A stretch of DNA of 37,234 nucleotides from Octopus bimaculoides (lineage: Eukaryota): positions 94,200,044-94,237,277 of the forward strand of contig NC_068985.1 in assembly GCF_001194135.2 (NCBI RefSeq), in the 5' to 3' direction. The notes below the pieces were generated by a model. That model was not told the origin of the DNA. It did not search any database and was given only the letters and a program-made list of their open reading frames with translations. Both the position numbers and the translations under genes were made by a program. This document shows, piece after piece, positions 22,955-36,130 of this stretch (position 1 is the stretch's first letter; every line of letters starts with the position of its first letter).

Positions 22955-25085
22955 AATCGTTAAAAAATACGTCTGTTTACTTTCAATTTGAACCCCCTAA
23001 TTGCATACTTATTATGCTAGGTTCCCTGCATGTATACTGTTTAAAATCGGAAGTTCTCCACATTATATAAGCCAACTAGAAAGGTTCTCTATGGTCTTAC
23101 AGATTTTGGCTAAATATTTCTCTCAAAACCACGACGCCTGAAGATATGTATTTTCTTTAATATGTAAGCATGTGAGGTTGTTTCTGTCTGGAATTCCTTC
23201 GATGATCGATCAGCTCAACAAGGAGGACTAATCTCTGAAATATCATGATTATACACACCTACACACACACACACATACACATACCCACACATACCTCCCC
23301 ACACACACACACAGATATGTATGTGTGGTGGGAAGCGAAACTTATTGCAGGGTACCTAATATGCGGATATCTTTGTAAAAGTAGAATTTTTGTTCACTTT
23401 GTATTTGCGTAATAGTTCAAACCTACAAAAGTATGCTTTTAGAGGGAGGGCCCTGAATTACGTCATTGCATCGTAGAAGAGATGCTTTTCTGCGTCATTT
23501 TTATTCCCTTTGCATCAAAATTTAATCTCTCATTTGCAGTCGAACTTAAAGGGATTAGAGTGATTTTTTTCCTGTTAAGATAGCTTATAGAATGTTTGAG
23601 CAAACTATAATTTCAGCACGTTATCATATATTCATGTTATAGTAATTTGTTATTTCTTAAAAGAAAAAAATCGTAAATGTCCATTTTTCAAATGAAAATA
23701 CTTATCGTCTGACATTCATTTGTGATACAATTTTTCAGATATCCTTACAAAATATTATCCTATCTCATAAAATCATTTCCAGACTTAGTATATCACATTC
23801 ACAAATTTATTGTAAAATTCTTTGTTAGAACGATTCTCCTGTATTTCGAAAGCAGAAAAAATCTGAATACATCTAATTTCGATGCCACCATCATTTCTAT
23901 CACAACACACTAATATATTTTGCACGGCAATATGGGAAATATACCTTTCAAATCGTGCTGCAATTCTTTTGTATCTTCGCAATATAAAATATATGATGTC
24001 CGTGTCCTTACGAATATATACATTGTACGTTATATACTTTTTTTCTTGTCATATATTGGAAAGTATTTATTATAGTCAGTATAACCAACTATTTGCTTAC
24101 CAGTGAGTGTATTTCGCTTTTATTAGGTTAATGAAGATATCTCTACGTGTTTTGGGGTGAATAGCTAGAAAGATTAAACGGTGAGAAATCAATAAAGTGA
24201 GAATAGGAATCTTGTGGAGAAATAGAAATAAAATACATTGTTCTGAGAGCGAATCGAGATAAATATTTAAAGAAAAGTAAATAAATTTTATTATCGCTAT
24301 GTCCTATATTTGAAATGCGTTCTCATGTATCATAAAGAATGTGCAATGAGTTTGGTAACTTTTATAGAACAACCTGGATATAGGAACAATTCTAACGGTC
24401 TCAAAGTGAATACAATTAATCTATTATATACATGAGATATATCAAGATGATAATGGGATATTATTGAAATACAAAAGTGTTTCGTTTGAAAAGAATGTAG
24501 TTGGAGTGTGTGTCTGCTGTATTGGGTAAGTGATTAATAATTGTGATAATAATGGAAGAGACAAAAAGTCGAGCAGTTTAAAAGAAGTGAGAACTTACTC
24601 GAAAGTAAATAATTCAAACAGGTTTACGTAAGTTCATTCTACTTATATGAATCACTAATGAATAAACGTCAAAATTTCCGATCGAACAACGAAACCAATT
24701 TTGCAGTAGGCATAAAGGCGGGAAAACAGTAAAATAGCAACAATGGAGTTAATTATTGTTACTGCAATTTCTGTTGCATTTTGCCGAATTTCAGAGGGCG
24801 CCGATTTAATCGATTTTGTCCCTCCAGTATCTAATTAATGATTGTCATTCTGAAGAAAGGAACTTTAAAATCTAAAGTGTATAACTAGGATTAACTAAAA
24901 ACCTCGGAAAATTTTGTCCGGTGTTTTACTGAAACTATCCTGTTCCGCAATGCCTGCAATCGCCATCCTATCACACGCCGTTCTTTTATCAATACAAAAT
25001 AAGCTTTCATCTATATCCTTAAAAATAAAAGCAAAAGGCAATGCTTCAACAACAACAGCTTCTACTACTACTACTACTACTACTT

Positions 25086-25230
25086 ATAATAATCCTTTCT
25101 ATTATAGGCACAGAGCCTGGAAATTTGGTGGGTGTGGATTTTATCGACTCCAGTGCGTAACTTCTGCTTATTTCATCGACCTCGAAAGAGAAAGTCGACC
25201 TCGCGGAATTTGAATTCAGAACGTAAAAAC
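25086..25230 (-). mobile_element. SINE family B, head truncated, with (ACT)n/(TAA) tail at 25062-25090
   Basis: aaagtcgacctcgcggaatttgaattcagaacgtaaa matches 17903-17940; the B box is present on the minus strand. Confidence 0.8.
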
Positions 25231-25249
25231 GCTTCCAACAAATCGTAAC

Positions 25250-25950
25250 TGTTACTGCTCACCGTCAAGGAAACCTTAGAGATGTCTAGCACCTGCGCAT
25301 GTCCAAAAGTCATTAGTCTCTACGTGTCCCGTACTCCACATTATGCGTGTTTCTTTCACGTCTGGCCAGCGGAACCCATCTCCTTCATTGAAAGCAGAAG
25401 AGCAAATGCTTCGTACATGGTTTCCATGTAGCAGGCCAAGGTACGACGTTCAGGCGATAAATGCTATGAGACGCTAGCCATATCCACCCGGCACTCCTGT
25501 TCCAACAGCTCCAACTAGTTGATCAAATGCCACTGAAATTCCGCCCGTATCTTTTTTGAATCAAGCAGTAGTCATCTTTTCCATCTGTAGAAGACCTGAC
25601 CAAATCTTTCTTACTTTCGTCCGTAGCTTCAAATGTCAAACTCAGTCGTGGTCGCTTTTCTATAGACATCTCATCTCGGTTTATAACTTGTATTCTCTAT
25701 CAGATTGTTCTTTAGTAAACATAATCGATTCTAATCGAGTAGCCTTTCGGGGTTAAACAGCATCGGCTGTAGATGTTGGCCCTCATCAACTTCTTATACA
25801 ATTCTGTAATCCAGTCTCCACAATCTTGGCATGTCACGAAATACGCTTTCAGTTTCAGATAAACTTGTTCCTGCCTACACAGCCTGTCTCGGTCGATCGT
25901 GCAGATCACAAGTCTTTAGTTCCAGAAACCTAAAAAATTGAACTGAGGAC
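25250..25950 (-). mobile_element. Highly degenerate L1/Tx1-like LINE remnant (end of APE endonuclease and linker)
   Basis: Minus frames give FFRFLE, RIDYVY, a DH motif, YRWK and GAV-like and KH.*CGVR segments in the order expected for Tx1-type ORF2. There are many stops, so the match is weak. Confidence 0.4.
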
Positions 25951-27208
25951 AATTTATGCTAGCCATGTGTATTAGTCAACACCATACTCTAAATACGATC
26001 GAGATGTCTGGATAATGTTTACCTACACCCATGTAGCTTGACAAAGTATCCATGTCGAATGAGATGCAACGAAGTAGTAATTATATACCACCAGATATTA
26101 CAAAGCAATATAGAAAGTACTGAGAAAATTAAATAAATAGATTTGTGACGCCCTAAGTTGATGTACTTTTCACAGAGAAACCTCCAACGAACCGGAAAAG
26201 ACCCCAGACAATCTGAAACAATATTGGCAAACAAATACGCAATATGGTCATTCATCAAATAGCCAATGACAATATGCAGATGAAGATAAATCACTATCTG
26301 TACTAACCGCTAATAAATCAACACTAACTTATCTGTAGGTTCATTACAACTGACAGAAGCAATTAAGAAACTGCAACCAGCATCATCGTGTTTGAAGCTC
26401 ATTACAAAATTCAATGAACTAGAAAAAATGATGTAAACATTTTAAAAGAATTCATCAGGTATGCCAACATTCGAATAATAAAAATAAGCAGCAGGTAATT
26501 GAGGGAAACCAGCTATTCGAGAATATTGTAAAAAAAAATAGAAATACATGTATCGATGTTTTTAAGAAAAGGACACTTAAATGAAGAATACAAACACGAG
26601 AAAAGAAAAAAAACAAATAATTACTCAGTTATATTTTCATGTTAAGCTTATTCAAATGCAGCAATTTGCTTGTTGCAATAAATATCGAGGGTTCCTATTC
26701 TAAAGACTTTACTTTCAAGAGAGACGAAAAAATGAGTTTTAATTAATGGAATAAAATTAATTAAAAAGAAACAAAATGTATAATGGCTAACTCTGGCAGT
26801 AGGAAAAACACGTACAACAAAATTAAAAATTACACTTGCAGATCATTATTTTGTTTAATGTTGTTTGTTTCTAATTAAACTAATATTCGCAGAAGTAATT
26901 TCTAGAATCGAAGAGCACCACCTAGCAACAATGATCGATGGTTAAAACCCGAAGCAATAAAAGGCTTAATTAAGAAAACCAAACTGATTAAGCAATCAAA
27001 ATGTGGAAGCAACAAAAAACTGGGTATATAAGGACTCTCCAATTAATCAGCGTTACGTCCATCTAAAAGAATATTGCAGTCGGGGCTGAATCAAAGAATT
27101 CATTTGCAGAAGCAGATACAGATAATGCACAGTAACCTACAAAATTAGCGAAACCGTTTTGTGGAAAACATGGTTCAACGAAAACTATGATATGCGTACA
27201 TACATGCA

Positions 27209-27263
27209 TGTGTGTGTGTGTGTCTGTCGGTCTGTGTGTGATTTTGTGTGTGTGTGTGTGCGC

Positions 27264-27294
<31 letters not shown>

Positions 27295-27302
27295 TGTGTG
27301 TG
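27209..27302. repeat. (TG)n-(CG)9-(TG)n microsatellite
   Basis: Read directly; (CG)9 at 27261-27278. Confidence 0.97.
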
Positions 27303-28165
27303 AATCCATTTCGACGTGTGAATCCATATTAACGCAACAAATTACTTACTATACGAAAAACATTTTGAAATAATTTTAATATAATACTTCGTTTCCGTAT
27401 ATAGTTTGCAAACTTATTGATGTGTTGTAACAAATCCTATTGTACTTCGTGAGGGTCATGATGCAAATAATAATAACACACGTCAGGTTTCAATATCACT
27501 TCTTTATTGATTACCAAATGGTTAAATATCTAACCTTCTAACTAATCGTCCCTTTCTTTAATGTGCTACTTAAAGAATCAATTATTTAACTGGTATTTAA
27601 ATTCTCTCCTCTCTGTTCTAGCCCTTAAAAAGCCAGCTATAGGAGGGGATATGATGTATTCAAATATACTGATCCATTACTTGTCTAATTTCAGGATTTT
27701 TAAGTCCTTTATGGAGGGATGAAAGGCAAGTCTGAGAGTAGCAGGTTCTACTGATATGATAACAACTATTTCTAACCTGGGCATGTGGCCTGCCTCATTA
27801 TCGGTAAACTGGCAGAATCCTGTTAGCTCGCGGATAGAATGCTTAACGGTCCATCATTATATTCAGTCGAAAGACTGAGAACGAATGGAATTGTTATATT
27901 CTTGTTGTTTGTATTTGTTATTTTGTACCATGTCCTCAATTTTTTATCTTAGCTGCCGTACACATTCGTTAGATTTCTTACAAAAAAGGCTTACAAAAAG
28001 TCTAACGCTCTTAGCATGGAATTTTGTTTGGGGTGGGGGCAACTAGTTCGAACTGTCGCAAGTGTAACTGCCCGAAACATTAATGACGTCTGATATATTT
28101 GACTGAGGAAAGAAAAGCCACGAATGAGCCGTCATTTTTTGCCTGTCCGCCTTTCTATCGTCTAT

Positions 28166-28229
28166 ACATGTGTGTATGTATGTGTGTGTATGTGTGTGTG
28201 TATTTGTGTGTGTATGTGTGTATTTGTGT

Positions 28230-28270
<41 letters not shown>
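28166..28270. repeat. (TG)n degenerate microsatellite
   Basis: Read directly. Confidence 0.95.
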
Positions 28271-29674
28271 GATGGACATCTAGAAGGATAGCCAGAGATC
28301 CTACGTAACGAAGACGCTTGGTAATGCTCGGAAGATTCAAACTTAGTCTCCGACGTTTTTATGGGGGGTCATTTCACGAGGTCAAGAAATACTATAAGAG
28401 GTGTCGGTTGTGTGGGTTTGAAGCAACTATACGGATAAACAAACTAGACACGTGAAATATATTAAATATATCAAATACACCAATTAAAAATATGTAAACA
28501 TGTAGCAAAAGTTCGAAACTTTCAGTTAATTTATTTTAATGTTTAAATATATAAACCTTTACATTAAAAGGCCCAACCTCCAGCGAGTACAAACGACAAA
28601 GAAATTGTAGGTAGATTTAGTTAATCACAACATTCTGCCGTATGGATGCAATTAACGTTGGATGAGCCGAGCCTCCGTCATGAGTGTAGATAAGTTCTTA
28701 CATTTCAGATTTTCAGATGTAATACGGACAATTGTGATGGTTCGCTGTCAAAAGATCTGTTTCTGATCTCATTAAAAACCTGTGAATGCCGGAGAACAAC
28801 TGAAACAGATTCCTAAAGACAAAGATGGATGCAGCAAGAAAAGAACTCCAAGTGTTTGGCTCAATAAAATACGAAAGAAAACGTCAGCAAACATAAGCTT
28901 CCCTACTTACGACAAGTGTCTTATGTCGAAGGACTTAAACATCCGATAGAGTTTTGATTTTGGTACACCTAGCCATCAGAAATGTTGCGATTAAAACACA
29001 ATCAGAAGTAGAAAATATGGCAGCTGAGTAATATCAAAGAATTATGATACACGGCTGATCTATCCCTCGTAGAGTGTAAAGAGTTAAGTGTCCAAATTCA
29101 GGCATAAAATGCTATGCGACTTCTTTCATTGGCTTCAGCTTTTCAGATCTCTCAAGATTTTCGTACAATCTATCACAGTGCTAATAGATGTTCAGGATTA
29201 AAAAAAAAATATTACGAGTAATCAATAGATAGCCTATCCACATTTGATCCTCCATTATTCCTACAATGCAAGTAAACACAGTGATTTGTTGGATAAGTAT
29301 TGTTCGTATTGGCCATTATCTTCTATAGGGTTGCGGAGAATATTTAGATAAGTTTAGATATTATATACTTCAATAGAAATGTTATCAGATTCAGAGAGAC
29401 AAAATATTGAAGTATATTTAAACAGATTTCTCATGTTAAATGGAACAATATATTTTCAAGAAAATCCTAAGCAGTAATATAAAAAAATAAACGCAAAACA
29501 TTTCATAAACTCTTGTTTGTAATTTCGTGACACTCGATTTCTCGGGTCGATATTTAGTCATTTATCTCTTTCGAGATATGGGTATAACGGCAACGACAAT
29601 CAATGTGAATGATTTCAATAGCCCTTAAACTTGTGCCACAAAAGAAACAAATAACGTCTGAGGAGGAGCAAGGT

Positions 29675-29675
29675 T

Positions 29676-29742
<67 letters not shown>

Positions 29743-29780
29743 AACACACACACACAAACACACACACACACACACACACA
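29675..29780. repeat. (CA)n microsatellite with CAAA interruptions
   Basis: Read directly. Confidence 0.96.
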
Positions 29781-29844
29781 ACTACTACATATGTGGAGAA
29801 TTCTGTCTGTGGCTGTGTTTGTGGAGTTGTTAGCTGACTCCTCC

Positions 29845-30016
29845 NNNNNNNNNNNNNNNNNNNNNNNNNNNNNNNNNNNNNNNNNNNNNNNNNNNNNNNN
29901 NNNNNNNNNNNNNNNNNNNNNNNNNNNNNNNNNNNNNNNNNNNNNNNNNNNNNNNNNNNNNNNNNNNNNNNNNNNNNNNNNNNNNNNNNNNNNNNNNNNN
30001 NNNNNNNNNNNNNNNN
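29845..30016. other. Assembly gap (N); left flank is unique sequence
   Basis: Run of N. Confidence 0.99.
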
Positions 30017-30396
30017 TATATATATATATATATATATTCTATTTTAAGAGCCACTGGAAATAGCCCATTCACCCCTTGGAAACGATCTTTATATATAGCC
30101 AAGGTAACAAACCCATTCATTTTCTTAAATTATTTGGTATATATCAAATTATGTATGCTTATTTGTTAGTATTTCAGCTATTAGAATTATTTTCACTATT
30201 TATCCAGTAGAACCTTTAAACAAGTAAACAATACATCCACTTACGTCCGTTAGTCTCTTATTCACCAATATACCAACACTAGCATCCCTGTGTGTACCAT
30301 CCTCTAGGAACCCACAAAGGTCCTTTTGAGCGTTATTTACTTTTAATTGTTATTATTTCATATCTGATTAGCCTGTTATAACGTAACATGCTTCAG

Positions 30397-30502
30397 GATT
30401 TTATTATACATACCTTATTAGCATTTCCGCCAATGTTCTATATAGTCTGGGAACGCATTAAAACCCTTTTCGGGGCTAATGTATTTGAATTCTTACTCGC
30501 GG
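30397..30502 (+). CDS. Candidate internal coding exon (DFIIHTLLAFPPMFYIVWERIKTLFGANVFEFLLA), unknown hydrophobic protein
   Basis: Acceptor catgcttcAG, strong donor CGG|GTAAGG and one fully open frame. It is phase-compatible with neighbouring candidates 30049-30103 and 30863-30987. No confirmed homology. Confidence 0.3.
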
Positions 30503-31774
30503 GTAAGGTGCGTGGTGCGTGGTGACTTTGGCATATTGTCCAGAGGATATAACTACGTACTCTGCCAAATCTGTACATATAATCAGATTTGGAAAGAAAC
30601 ACCTGGAAGGATTGAGCATCAAGACAGATATCCGAATGGTTAAAGAAACCTGCTTGTAACAATTTGTTTTTCGTTTGTTAAGAAAGAAAGCACGAATAAT
30701 TTTAAAAATCAAAGATGCTAATACGTCGCACAGGCAACAGAGAACATGTATTTGGTCAGGCAAATGATTACAGATGAAATAAAATAGCTAAGACCACGTT
30801 TAACCTCAGCGGAACGATTCATAATAATAACAATGGTGTTTCTGATTTTGTTACGCAACCAGCAATTCCGGAGTCATGGAGACACTCGATTACATTGGAT
30901 AAATGGTTTGACTGGTGTTATGTCTTTCGTACTCTAGGAATGGACAAAACACACCTAAACGTACCGGGATATGGATTCCGAATATAAATAACAAGAAGAA
31001 ATATTTCAGCTCATTTATTCCGACGATTTTGTCAGACACAAAGGTTTCTATCACAAACAGAATATCACACAACCATATTATAGTTAATTATAGTTAACTT
31101 GGGTTATAGTGAATTCTACCTAATCTTATAGTTAATTACATTGACTACGGTGCTTGACTCGTGTGTTTTTCCCTTGAACTAGTAGGTGGCATATAGAATG
31201 TTTTGTACATAAAATGTTCAACATCCCTGTCAATGCGAAGTTGTAAACCGACTAATAGGAAGAATGGAAGGCTTCAGTTAGCTTACTGAAGACTGCTTTC
31301 CAATTAGTTATATATTTGTTGTTGTAATTCACATTTGGTCAATACAAGATTTGGAACCACATTTGAATGTATTTCGTTAACATTCTATTATTGTCACTGG
31401 TAAATCAGCAAACACAATAGACAAAAACATGCACCTATTCAATATTATCGAATTCCAATTGCCTAAGAACAAGAAAATATATTTCGAGAAAATGTGTAAC
31501 ACAATATTGGTTCTTCATATTCTTGATTCTTTACACTTTTCACAATGGAATTTTATTTACTTGGGTTTGTCGGACAAATGTAGAAAGAGACTGAGAACGT
31601 TTGAATAGGATTTTTAATGTCTTCATTTATTATTTAATGTACGTGTGGTGAGAAAACATAAATAGGAAGCCATCCTCACTAGCAATGATTGAAAATATGT
31701 TTTAAGACAGAGTGTTTTCAGTAACGAACACAAACAACAACATTTTCTTTATGCGGTGAAATTTTGCATGGATA

Positions 31775-32150
31775 TAGATGTATGGTTAAGAAACTCGTTC
31801 TACAGCTACTTCGTTTTAGGTTCAAATCTCCTGCGTAGCACTTTACACAGGATGGCGTCTCCCAATACGGTTACAGATAGATCAGTGTGTTCTGAGTGAT
31901 CTTGACAGGGAAACCTCGTGGAAGCCCGTCGTATATGTATGTGTCTTTTTGCATGTGTTTCTCAATCGCACGCCTTCTGCTTTAAACTTGGTGTTGGTTT
32001 TATTTACGTCTTTTTAAAAGAGACCTGTAGATCAAATGCTAGACGTAATTAAAAGCAAATATAACTACTGGGTCATTTGTTTCGAAAACTTCTCATCTAG
32101 GCGTTGCCTGCACACGACCGAAGCCCAATGACTGAAAGCAGTAAAAGATA
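31775..32150 (+). mobile_element. Old, near full-length SINE family A
   Basis: A-box-like gtatggttaag and B-box ggttcaaatc, then ggaagcccgtcgtatatgtatgtg, a central body and the 3' end cccaatgactgaaagcagtaaaagata shared with the 22806 copy. Confidence 0.7.
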
Positions 32151-35100
32151 AATGCTCCAGTTGCAAAGACCAAACAACATAGGAATAACGATCGAAGATA
32201 CCGGAAAGGAATACGCCATGATTCTTAAACACATAATACAAAAGTACCGAGTATTTTATTTTATTTAATTTTCTGACATTAGAGAAGAGGTGTTGTTTAG
32301 CGTGCACTGAAATATACTAGTAAGGCTTAACGAAAATAGATAGGAACACTTGAGACGCTTCTATATCCGATACGTAAGTTTACTTGATATTGTGTGGACT
32401 GGTTTCCATCTTGGTAAGCCGCTCGTATTAAAATAAAATTTTAAATACTAACAGAATTCAGATTAGTAACTTCAGCCTAATGAAACTCCTTGATATCTTG
32501 AGAATATAAACACTCTGACTGCTTGTTGCCCTGCAATAGATCAGGTGATATATTCATTACCGATGAGACCACAATACGAGTCGAAAGTCGATAAAGACTC
32601 TTCCTATTTTCAGCCTACAGAAATATAAGTATAGTTGACATGTTTGTTTAGTCTACTATAAGTAATGTAATATCACAACAAATGCATCGTCAATAAATGT
32701 TCCATGTTGACGTAATTTCTGATACAAGTTAATCTCTTATATTCTAACTTGAAAATAATGCAGAATATGGAGGAGTCCGATGACAGTTGAACAGCAGTGC
32801 GCGTATGTATCCTAAAATATTAAGTACATATTATTTATTAGAAGCGACGATTTATTACATAGAAATAACAGCGTTAATATTTAACAATCTATCCAAAACA
32901 GAGAAACACATTGCCAATTCTTAGGTCATTTGAGAGCAAAAACATTATCACAAGTAATGTATCAGTCTGATATAAGCTATTCTTAATATATATTTTGTTG
33001 TAGCATTCAACTCATATTTACCACCAAAAAGAAAATGCTTTAAAGTTTATATCAACGCTATCGCGATACGCATGTTATTCCTGATATTGTAAAATAATTC
33101 TGGTCTGGATTTATACCTGTATCTATTTACTTCTCGTGATATATAGTAGCATTACTTCCATTACAATTTATCAGAATGATTCACAGCATATTGTGCCCAG
33201 GAAATATCAAAGAGCGTCAATATGCAATAAATGTAATGAGGTGGAATGCAGTCTGGCGCTTTCTATACTATAAACGCACCAATGAATAAATATCGCATAA
33301 TGATCGGTAATAAATATAATGAGAAAAAGTAAGCATACATACACATATTATCAATATGTTCATGACTAAAGACGAGAGTTAATATTCAGAAATATAATGG
33401 TCTCACAAAACGTAACGATTTGGGAATCCTTCGCAGACTATCAAGGTAAATCTCTCTTACTCTCTCTCTCTCTCTTTTTTTTCTCTCTCTCATTAGAACT
33501 CCGCATTTAGCAAATATAAGTTACGGTGTTTAAATATATATATATATATATATATATATCCTATGATAATCCTGTTTAGTATGTAGTTTAACAAAACTTA
33601 ACTATTATACAGCGGATGTGTTTATGTCTCTCTCTTTTGTGGTGTTAGAGAAAGAAGCACTCATTTGATACTAAATATTGAATTCGATTTGACTGAAGTA
33701 GAAAATAAAGGCCATCTAATCAAAATACCAAGACTGCATTAATTATTTTCATTTAAGTAGAGACATAGATTTACTGTAACCTAACACATTAGTTATTTTC
33801 TATTCTGTGGTACTTGGTTACAGTGATCTCACAAATTAAAGAGAAATCTAATTGTTGCAAAACAATCACTCTTTTGCATTATCTTTGTTGCTATTACTTA
33901 ATTGTCATCACGCCCCAGTGAAGCGCTCGCAAATATCTAGAGACATAATATGTTTTATACATATAAGTTTTGCGTGAAGCTTTCTATGATCAATAATTGA
34001 GATTATTTATTGTTCGATTCATTCTATGTTCTTTCTTATGGGTAACTACTTGATCACATATTAATCAATTGTCTTTTGATCTGTTTTTTTTCTTTCTTCC
34101 TGGAACTTGTTTGAATTCTCTGATTAAAGAGATTTCTTGTTTCGTTGGAAATAAAAATTACCATATATAATGAGGTGAGACTTTTAAGTGGGGTTAACTT
34201 GATTATTTAATTATCCATGTATATATAGTCAATTATATGCAAATATGTCACCTATGGTAGATACCAAGAAAAGTATATCGGAGACTTTTCTCCCTATTGA
34301 ACCATTATCTCTAATTGATAGTACAAGTTTTGTGTGTAATTTAATCAGAATTGATTCATGACGAAACGCTGATTGTCGTTATTTATTATTAGCCATAGGC
34401 AGTAAGAGAAAGAGGGGCAAAGTTTAGTAGTTCCAACAAAACTTATTAATACTAGAAATTAAATTATTGAAAGCTGTGTGTTATTTTTCAGGTTTTATAT
34501 GAATTTGAGTAAGAAAACTCAGTTCCGTGGTACAAGAAACGATAACGTTACAGGTTGTGAATTTTACAGGTTATAGGCTTGATTCTGTGGTCAAAATGGA
34601 AAAGGAATAATGGGTTAGCTAACGGTCAAAATATTTTTTTTCAAACCCATGTGCTACGAAACTCGTATAATTATTTGACGTTCAGATTTCCAGTTCGGTT
34701 GAATTTTCTGCATAAATTGGTGAATATTATTATTAATCAATACACAGTTTGTATTAATAATGAAGCGTGGGCGAAATGTGAAACCCTGAACGGAGACTAA
34801 TAAGATATATCATTTCTCTTTTTTCTCTATAGGGATGATATATAATTACTGTAACAGCTGTTAATAAATAACCACTGAGGGGCTCAGGCTGTTAATAATA
34901 TCGCAGCCATTGAAACTCTTAAATGCCTAGAACCAGACTGTCGTTTATAAGAGCAAGACATTTCGTTCCTATTTTTTAGATTCGTGTATTGTATCTTTAG
35001 TGATATAGATAAAAAAAGAATTGCTTTCCATAAATAATGATAAAAGGAAAAATAGTGAACAAATATATTTGAGTATGTGTGGATTTGCGATGAATCTGCC

Positions 35101-35629
35101 AGAAAAGTCATATGAGAATTCTACACACAATTTGCTCACCTTGATACAGTTTATATAGTGTATTATTTACTCGGAATCACGAATTTGAATTAAGCTTTCC
35201 ATTTTACACCATCTCTGACTAATCAGATTTAATATTATCAATTATACCCACTGTTTCGACATGCATTGATCAAAAATTAAACTATTGTGTCAAAGCTTTG
35301 AATCGATTTTCCTATACAGAGTGTTTCAAATTTAATTTATCACATACCGTAAAATGATGGTTAGTTGCAGGGAAACTCCAATTGTTATATGTCATTATGA
35401 AAAGGTTATCGCTGATTCATTATCATTTATTGAACTAGTTATAGGTGATTATTATCAGAGGCCTTCAATGCATTTCAAGCATATTGAATTTCTGTCTCCG
35501 TTTGGATTTTAGGCAATATGTTCAGAGATACACTACTGGGTGAAGATCGAAATATGAGTTAGTTTATTAATTCGTTCGTATTTTTTGTTTTCGATGATCT
35601 CGTAATAACGTCTCACAATATGTAAGCTT

Positions 35630-35990
35630 CAAACAACGTTACCGGAAACACGGCGTGGTAATTTAACACGACATCGCTCACCAATACGTTATCCAGTTGA
35701 CGATAAACTATTACTTAAAAGCTCATTCGTCAATTATTTTGGCAATCTCCGCATTCTCCTGACTGATCGTCTTCTCATTATAATCTTTACGGTGACTTAC
35801 CAGCAGTCAGCTAGATGTTCCCTTGAACAACGATGTAGAACTCAAAACGTGGATGGATGGAATCTTGTCAAGAAACAATTATCACATCGACTAGAAAGTG
35901 AGATGTTAGCAAGTGGTCTTCAGCAAGGAAGGAGGTCGTATTATGGAGCAGTAACTGAAAATTGTGTGCGAAGAATAAAACAAGAGCACT
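35630..35990 (+). mobile_element. Degenerate mariner transposase C-terminal remnant (second and third catalytic Asp region)
   Basis: KHGVVI*HDIAHQYVIQLT (GVILQHDNARPH-like), PHSPD*SSSHYNLY (PYSPDLAPSDYHLF-like) and LNNDVELKTWMD..QVV... Confidence 0.8.
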
Positions 35991-36130
35991 GATAGAGAGT
36001 AACCTTCGCCAAGGCGACACCAACGTTCTCTCAACGATTAGCCAGAGATGATTTTTAAAATGAGAATATCTAAAATAAAGTCGACTACTCTCATAACCGA
36101 GAATACTAAACTGAACACGAGCGTTTCAAA

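Noticed and set aside
31384-31590. Open + frame HSIIVTGKSAN..IIEFQLPKNKK.. vaguely like the FAXDC2 DTTGKP..YKIQxxKN segment
   Set aside because: An in-frame stop lies immediately upstream, there is no suitable phase-1 acceptor, and the spacing does not fit.
32065-32307. 80-aa minus ORF with a good acceptor and an alternative signal-peptide-like frame MAYSFPVSSIVIPMLFGLCNWSIYLLLLSVIG
   Set aside because: Its 3' part is the antisense of a SINE 3' end (32040-32150), and the signal-like frame stops after ~40 codons with no canonical donor.
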